A stretch of 63,814 nucleotides of DNA, filler included, from Octopus bimaculoides (taxonomy: Eukaryota), in the NCBI RefSeq assembly GCF_001194135.2. It is 5 parts of 5 records of this genome, joined end to end, with 100 filler letters (N's around TTAATTAATTAA, not from the genome) between each part and the next. Parts side by side here need not be neighbours in the genome. Positions count along the whole stretch, not along the records: positions 46,621 to 61,754 come from NC_068981.1; positions 61,855 to 63,814 come from NW_026329169.1; 3 more parts are not named here. One strand, given 5' to 3'. A program made the position numbers and the translations under genes. Of this stretch, positions 58,332 to 63,814 are shown one piece after another. The notes beneath the pieces were generated by a model, which did no database searches, was not told where the DNA came from, and saw only the letters and a list, made by a program, of their open reading frames with translations. Positions within the stretch are counted from its first letter, which is position 1; each line of letters starts with the position of its first letter.

Positions 58332-59647
58332 GGTGCTATTTTAGCGTGCAGTCTATCGCACTATCCTGTCTACACTGAGAAATTATTTTCAGCGTGCGAG
58401 CGGTCTGCCTTTTCTTACCCTCTTAAGCTGAGTTAATTTTAATCATTACAATGCTGTTAAAGGATTTCTATTGACGTATATTTTTTACAGAGGAAACAGC
58501 AGTTGCATTTTTACAAGAAGACAATCTTTTAGATACATCACAAGAAGCAGACCCTTGTCATCGATGTGGTAGCGTCATGCAAGAAAAACGAGAGCGCGAC
58601 AGAAGTGTGGAATACCGGCCTATATTTCGCTGTCCTCGAAAATGGTGCCAAAATTCGCCCTTATATTCGGAAAGGTAACTGTATTTTTTTTTTTTTCAAT
58701 ATACGGACATCAATAACAGATTGTACTGCAATTTCAGTTTGTTCGAGATTTTAAAGCTGGTGTTCTTTTTCGATACCCATTAATAAAGCAATGACTCTAA
58801 CAGGAAACTCTTCCTATATGGTAAATGACAGACTAATATAATATGTGCAGAGAGGTGTGTGGAACCATCGTGTTTCATCGTCAACGGAGTAAGATGGTTG
58901 TTAAAAACAACACCCTCATTGAAATTGACGAGGCAACATTTGCTTGTCGACGGAAATACAATTGTAAAAGACTGCTTGCTAAATGGTGACAATGCTCCTA
59001 TTGCTCAAGAAAATTACCTAGATGTACAAAATAACAGGAACCATGGACGTAGAGCTGATGGTCCTTGGGTCTTTAGTCTGCAACAAGGCTCTGACTGTCG
59101 ATACTTCTATGTGCAATGGCGTCACAGAAAGACTCTATTATAAATCATTGAACAGGAATGTGAAAAAGATTCAGTAATTCACTCAGATGAATTACTGCAT
59201 ATTCTAATCTAAATGCCATGGGCTATCGCCAGCCAATCATCAGGAATATTATGTGGATCCAGTGACAGGAGCACATACCCAGGCTATTGAGAGATCATGG
59301 TTGGATTCCAAGACGACTGTTTTAAAGAAAATGAGAGGCATCAGTAGTGAGCTTTTCCAGTTATACCTTGATCAATTTTGCTGGAAAGTTTTGAGAGAAG
59401 ATGCTGCAGATTTGTTTCTGACCTTCCTTAATAGTGTACGAAGTGTATATCGTTAATTAATATTTAAGTGTAAGTTATTAATAAATTATTACTCAACATT
59501 ATTCAATTTGCATTTATCATCTTGTAGAATAAAGTTTTTATAGTGGAAGTAGATCGCACGCTAAAGTGTAAAAGATAACCGCACGCTAAAATTGATTTTA
59601 CTGCGTCGACAGGATAATACGGTAGACCGCACGCTAAAGTAGCAGCC
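58332..59647 (+). mobile_element. Merlin (IS1016/IS1595-related) DNA transposon, ~1.3 kb, both TIRs present, decayed transposase
   Basis: ~70-bp imperfect TIRs starting GG(C)TGCTA.TTTAGCGTGC.GTCTA; CHRC..CPRKWC zinc finger; EIDE (58921-58932); GRRADGPWVF; IHSDE; VDPVTGAHTQAIERSW. Confidence 0.88.
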
Positions 59648-59744
59648 ATACTTCTTTATTCCTTTGTCATCCAATTTCTAATTATAGCTCTGTATTCTAA
59701 TAACGTTTCATACTGAAGTATATGAATATCCAGTTCTAAGATCA

Positions 59745-60200
59745 GTCGTACTGCTTGGTACCATAGGCAAACGTCTTCTACTATAGCCTCGGGCCGACCA
59801 ATTCATTGTGAGTGTATTAAGTTGGCGAACATTAAAAGAAACCCGTCGTATGTGTATATTCGTGTGCGCAGGTATGCACGTGCATCATAATGCCCCTGTT
59901 TGTTCACCAATAGCGATTTGCAACCGGTTTTGATATGTTTATGTTTCTGTAAGCACCAGACAGCATAAAATACTGCGGTTGATTCACTCAACTACAATTC
60001 TTCAGCGTGGTACCTCGACATGGCCGCTGTAAGGTGGCTGAGTGGTAAGACAATTGCTTCCTAGTCATATGCTTCTAAGTTTAGTCCAGCTGCATACACC
60101 TTGGGCAAGTGTCTTCTGCTACGGCCTCGAGCCGACCAAAGCCTTGTGAGTGCATTTGGTAGGTGTAAACTGAAAGAAGCTCATTATATACATGTGTGTG
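59745..60200 (+). mobile_element. Two SINE family B copies (59745-60025, 60030-60200)
   Basis: CTATAGCCTCGGGCCGACC and CCTTGGGCAAGTGTCTTCTGCTACGGCCTCGAGCCGACCAAAGCC. Confidence 0.85.
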
Positions 60201-61147
60201 TGTGTGTGTGTGTATGTGTGTGTGTGTGTGTGTGTATGTGCGTGTGTGTGTGTGTATGTGTGTATGTGTGTGTGCGTGTGTGTGTATGTATGAGTGTGTG
60301 ATATATTATATATATATATATGCAGACATGCTATGAGGTATAAAATATCTAATGAAAGAATACTGTACTTTTTCACCTAAAACAGACATCGTTCATTATT
60401 GCAGTCATTGTACATTTTTTCGCCTTTGCATTTTGCATTTTTCGACTTTCAAGAAAACCTTTGACTATTTACAAACTATTATTTCTATTTTACTTTTTTT
60501 ATTTTATTTTATTTTATTTTTATTTTATTACTATTACATTATTTTCATCTTATTTTATTTTCATGGTTATATTGTAGTTGCTACCTTTAAATGCACCTTT
60601 TTGAACCATATGATTGTTATTTTACACTGCAATTTAGTCCACAATATACCGCACAACTTTGATCTTTAATGCACATCTTTAAAAGTCCATTTACAATCGC
60701 CTAAAATGTGGCGTAAAAATGTTGTGTATCTACAATCGCTCAGAAGGTGTTTTAAAGATATCGAATACACGGACGGATTTGTTTTATTTTATATTTTATT
60801 ATTTTTATTATCATTTTTATGATATTATTTACTTAATGCTAATGATAAATAAATGCAATGAAAGTAATTATCATTGCTGGTAAACCGATGGTGCTGACAG
60901 AACGTTAGCGGGCTGAGCGAAATATTTGGTGATTTTCGCCAATGATTAAATTTATATTACACTAAATTATATCACATTCAGCAACATTTTTAGTAATTAT
61001 TTAATTTTTTAATTGATTTCATTCAATCTACACTTCTGTAGTTACATCAGTTTTAATACTCAATACAACGGACGAACAGTTTTTAAATACATCCGTATGC
61101 GTATATAAATTCTGGTGTATATACGTATGTTCATGTATATATATGTA

Positions 61148-61178
<31 letters not shown>

Positions 61179-61181
61179 ACG

Positions 61182-61215
<34 letters not shown>

Positions 61216-61329
61216 TACATATATATGTGCGTTCACAAGCTTGACTTTATACATAAGAGCTTGGATGTAACTTTTTTCTTAGATACATTAGGAACTCTAT
61301 TTTCAAGTCACTTTAATTGTTTCTCTCTG

Positions 61330-61447
<118 letters not shown>

Positions 61448-61555
61448 TCTTTCTTTTTTTCTTCTTCCACCACTTCTTATTCTGATTCTCCTTCTAACTT
61501 GTAACAACAAAGTTGTGCCTTTAGAAGATACTCACGGAGACGTTTGATGCATATG

Positions 61556-61589
<34 letters not shown>

Positions 61590-61854
61590 TGGTAAATGAG
61601 TATATGCATATATACGTACAGGTATGTGCATACCGACATCCACCTGTATGTATAGGTGCATATCTGGGTACAGGACATTGCAAACAAAACGTAGACGAGA
61701 AAACACACAAGCTACATAGAGAACATTCTACTTCATCAGCTACCCACGTTTTAANNNNNNNNNNNNNNNNNNNNNNNNNNNNNNNNNNNNNNNNNNNNTT
61801 AATTAATTAANNNNNNNNNNNNNNNNNNNNNNNNNNNNNNNNNNNNNNNNNNNN

Positions 61855-61904
61855 ATGTAAATAATGTACATAATTCCTCATCTCTTAAATATAGAACTAT
61901 ATAC
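61855..61904 (+). mobile_element. SINE family F 3' tail directly after a scaffold spacer
   Basis: ATGTAAATAATGTACATAATTCCTCATCTCTTAAATATAGAACT. Confidence 0.8.
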
Positions 61905-61999
61905 CCATTACTCCCAAAATTACACACGCACACAGGAAATTACGCGCACACACACACATATATATGTATACGTGTGTGTGTGTGTGTGTGTGCATGTGT

Positions 62000-62230
62000 G
62001 TGTGTTTATGTGTTTGTGTCTTTGTGTTTGTTATTCCTTCCCCTCACTGCTTGACAATTGGTGTTAGTGTGTTTACGTTCCGGCAACCTAGTGGTTCGGT
62101 AAATGAGACCGACAAAAAAAATTATCAGGTTTAAAGAAGAAATTTAAATATACACTAGGGTCCATTCATTCGACTAAAAGCTCTTCAAGGCGATGCCCCA
62201 GCATGGCCGCAACAAGTAAAAGATAAAAAA
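62000..62230 (+). mobile_element. SINE family B, 3' half
   Basis: GCTTGACAATTGGTG..GGTTCGGTAAATGAGACCGA..CCCCAGCATGGCCGCA. Confidence 0.75.
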
Positions 62231-62276
62231 AAGATAGCGGAAACCGTAAATCATTCTGTCCTATAGTCCATACGCG

Positions 62277-62668
62277 TGGAGGCGCAATGGCCTAGTGGTT
62301 AGGGCAGCGGACTCGCGGTCATAGGATCGCGGTTTCGATTCCCAGACCGGACGTTGTGAGTGTTTATTGAGCGAAAACACCTAAAGCTCCACGAGGCTCC
62401 GGCAGGGGATGGTGGCGAACCCTGCTGTACTCTTTCACCACAACTTTCTCTCACTCTTACTTTCTGTTTCTGTTGTGCCTGTAATTCAAAGGGTCAGCCT
62501 TGTCACACTCTGTGTCACGCTGAATATCCCCGAGAACTACGTTAAGGGTACACGTGTCTGTGGAGTGCTCAGCCACTTGCACGTTAATTTCACGAGCAGG
62601 TTGTTCCGTTGATCGGATCAATTGGAACCCTCGTCGTCGTTAGCGACGGAGTCCCAACAACAACAATA
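62277..62668 (+). mobile_element. SINE family C, full-length, CpG-rich (young)
   Basis: tRNA-like head (TGGCCTAGTGG, GTTTCGATTCCC) and (CAA)n tail; imperfect TSD ATAGTCCA(T/C)ACG(C/T)GT. Confidence 0.92.
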
Positions 62669-62742
62669 GTCCACACGTGTAAAAAATACGCTCACATTGT
62701 AATTTAAGCGATATTATGAAAACANNNNNNNNNNNNNACGCG

Positions 62743-63134
62743 TGGAGGCGCAATGGCCTAGTGGTTAGGGCAGCGGACTCGCGGTCATAGGATCGCGGTT
62801 TCGATTCCCAGACCGGACGTTGTGAGTGTTTATTGAGCGAAAACACCTAAAGCTCCACGAGGCTCCGGCAGGGGATGGTGGCGAACCCTGCTGTACTCTT
62901 TCACCACAACTTTCTCTCACTCTTACTTTCTGTTTCTGTTGTGCCTGTAATTCAAAGGGTCAGCCTTGTCACACTCTGTGTCACGCTGAATATCCCCGAG
63001 AACTACGTTAAGGGTACACGTGTCTGTGGAGTGCTCAGCCACTTGCACGTTAATTTCACGAGCAGGTTGTTCCGTTGATCGGATCAATTGGAACCCTCGT
63101 CGTCGTTAGCGACGGAGTCCCAACAACAACAATA
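62743..63134 (+). mobile_element. Second family C copy, probably a false duplication
   Basis: 62272-62724 and 62738-63190 read identical, including unique flank, across a 13-N gap. Confidence 0.8.
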
Positions 63135-63659
63135 GTCCACACGTGTAAAAAATACGCTCACATTGTAATTTAAGCGATATTATGAAAACAATTTTTTTTT
63201 CGAGAAGGAAATTATAACATAATTATCAAGTGAGACAGGAAAACACAAATGAACGCTGTAATATAATAGAATAGAATATGATGTAATATATTATAATATA
63301 ATGTATTATAATATATAATTAAACATAGTTAAAATAGGAAATAGTTCCACTGTCCAATTCCAATCAACAAATTTGTAAATAATTTCACGATGTGAATCAG
63401 TGCAGAAGGAACGGTTTCAAATGTAGATCACATTCCACGCCTATCAGCCAATTTCAGTTGTTTGTAAACATCTCTCTTTTCAACGCCTGCTTTCTATTGT
63501 TAATTAATCGAAATGAATATCAAATTGGATGAAGTAGTGGGTGGGTTATCTCCTTTTTCCCAGTAGGTCAAGATCGATTATTAAGCTAAGCTTATTTTCT
63601 CTCCATTTTCTTTCTTTCTTTCCTTCTTTCTTACTTTGGTGTTGTTGTTGTTGTATAGG

Positions 63660-63814
63660 TGCAGGCTCGGCTGTGTGGTAAGAAGCTTGCTTCCCAACCA
63701 CATGGTTCCCCGGGTTCAGTCCCACTGCGTGACACCTTGGGCAAGTGTCTTCTGCTAGAGCCCTAAGCCAACCAAAGCCTTGTGAGTGGATTTGGGAGAC
63801 GGAAACTGAAAGAA
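63660..63814 (+). mobile_element. SINE family B 5' part, running off the window
   Basis: GGCTGTGTGGTAAGAAGCTTGCTTCCCAACCACATGG..GGGTTCAGTCCCACTGCG. Confidence 0.92.

Overview
AT-rich, microsatellite-saturated eukaryotic DNA with about 5 kb (~8%, hand count) of N gaps. The repeat families and microsatellite load look like an octopus-type cephalopod genome; that is inference from recalled families, with no search run. I found no intact multi-exon gene, rRNA, genuine tRNA gene or CRISPR array. Almost all entries in the ORF track are microsatellite or N-gap artefacts. Real coding signal comes from decayed transposons: six R4/Dong-like non-LTR fragments, each abutting (TAA)n; a Tx1/L1-like ORF1-only element ending in (TTC)n; a Tx1 endonuclease fragment; a Penelope-like RT/GIY-YIG fragment; and Tc1, mariner, piggyBac and near full-length Merlin transposons. 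There are also several MITEs and at least six SINE-like families. Three short segments have canonical splice signals and may be host exons. The most interesting signal is a tRNA-headed SINE family carrying a minimal type I hammerhead-ribozyme fold that integrates with Penelope-like architecture (inverted 3'-tail copy at the 5' end, 13-bp TSD). Further degenerate hammerhead motifs occur in other repeats. Four N44-TTAATTAATTAA-N44 spacers mark scaffold joins, and the block between the first two is strongly CpG-decayed. Repeat boundaries are read by eye (+/-10-20 bp unless stated).
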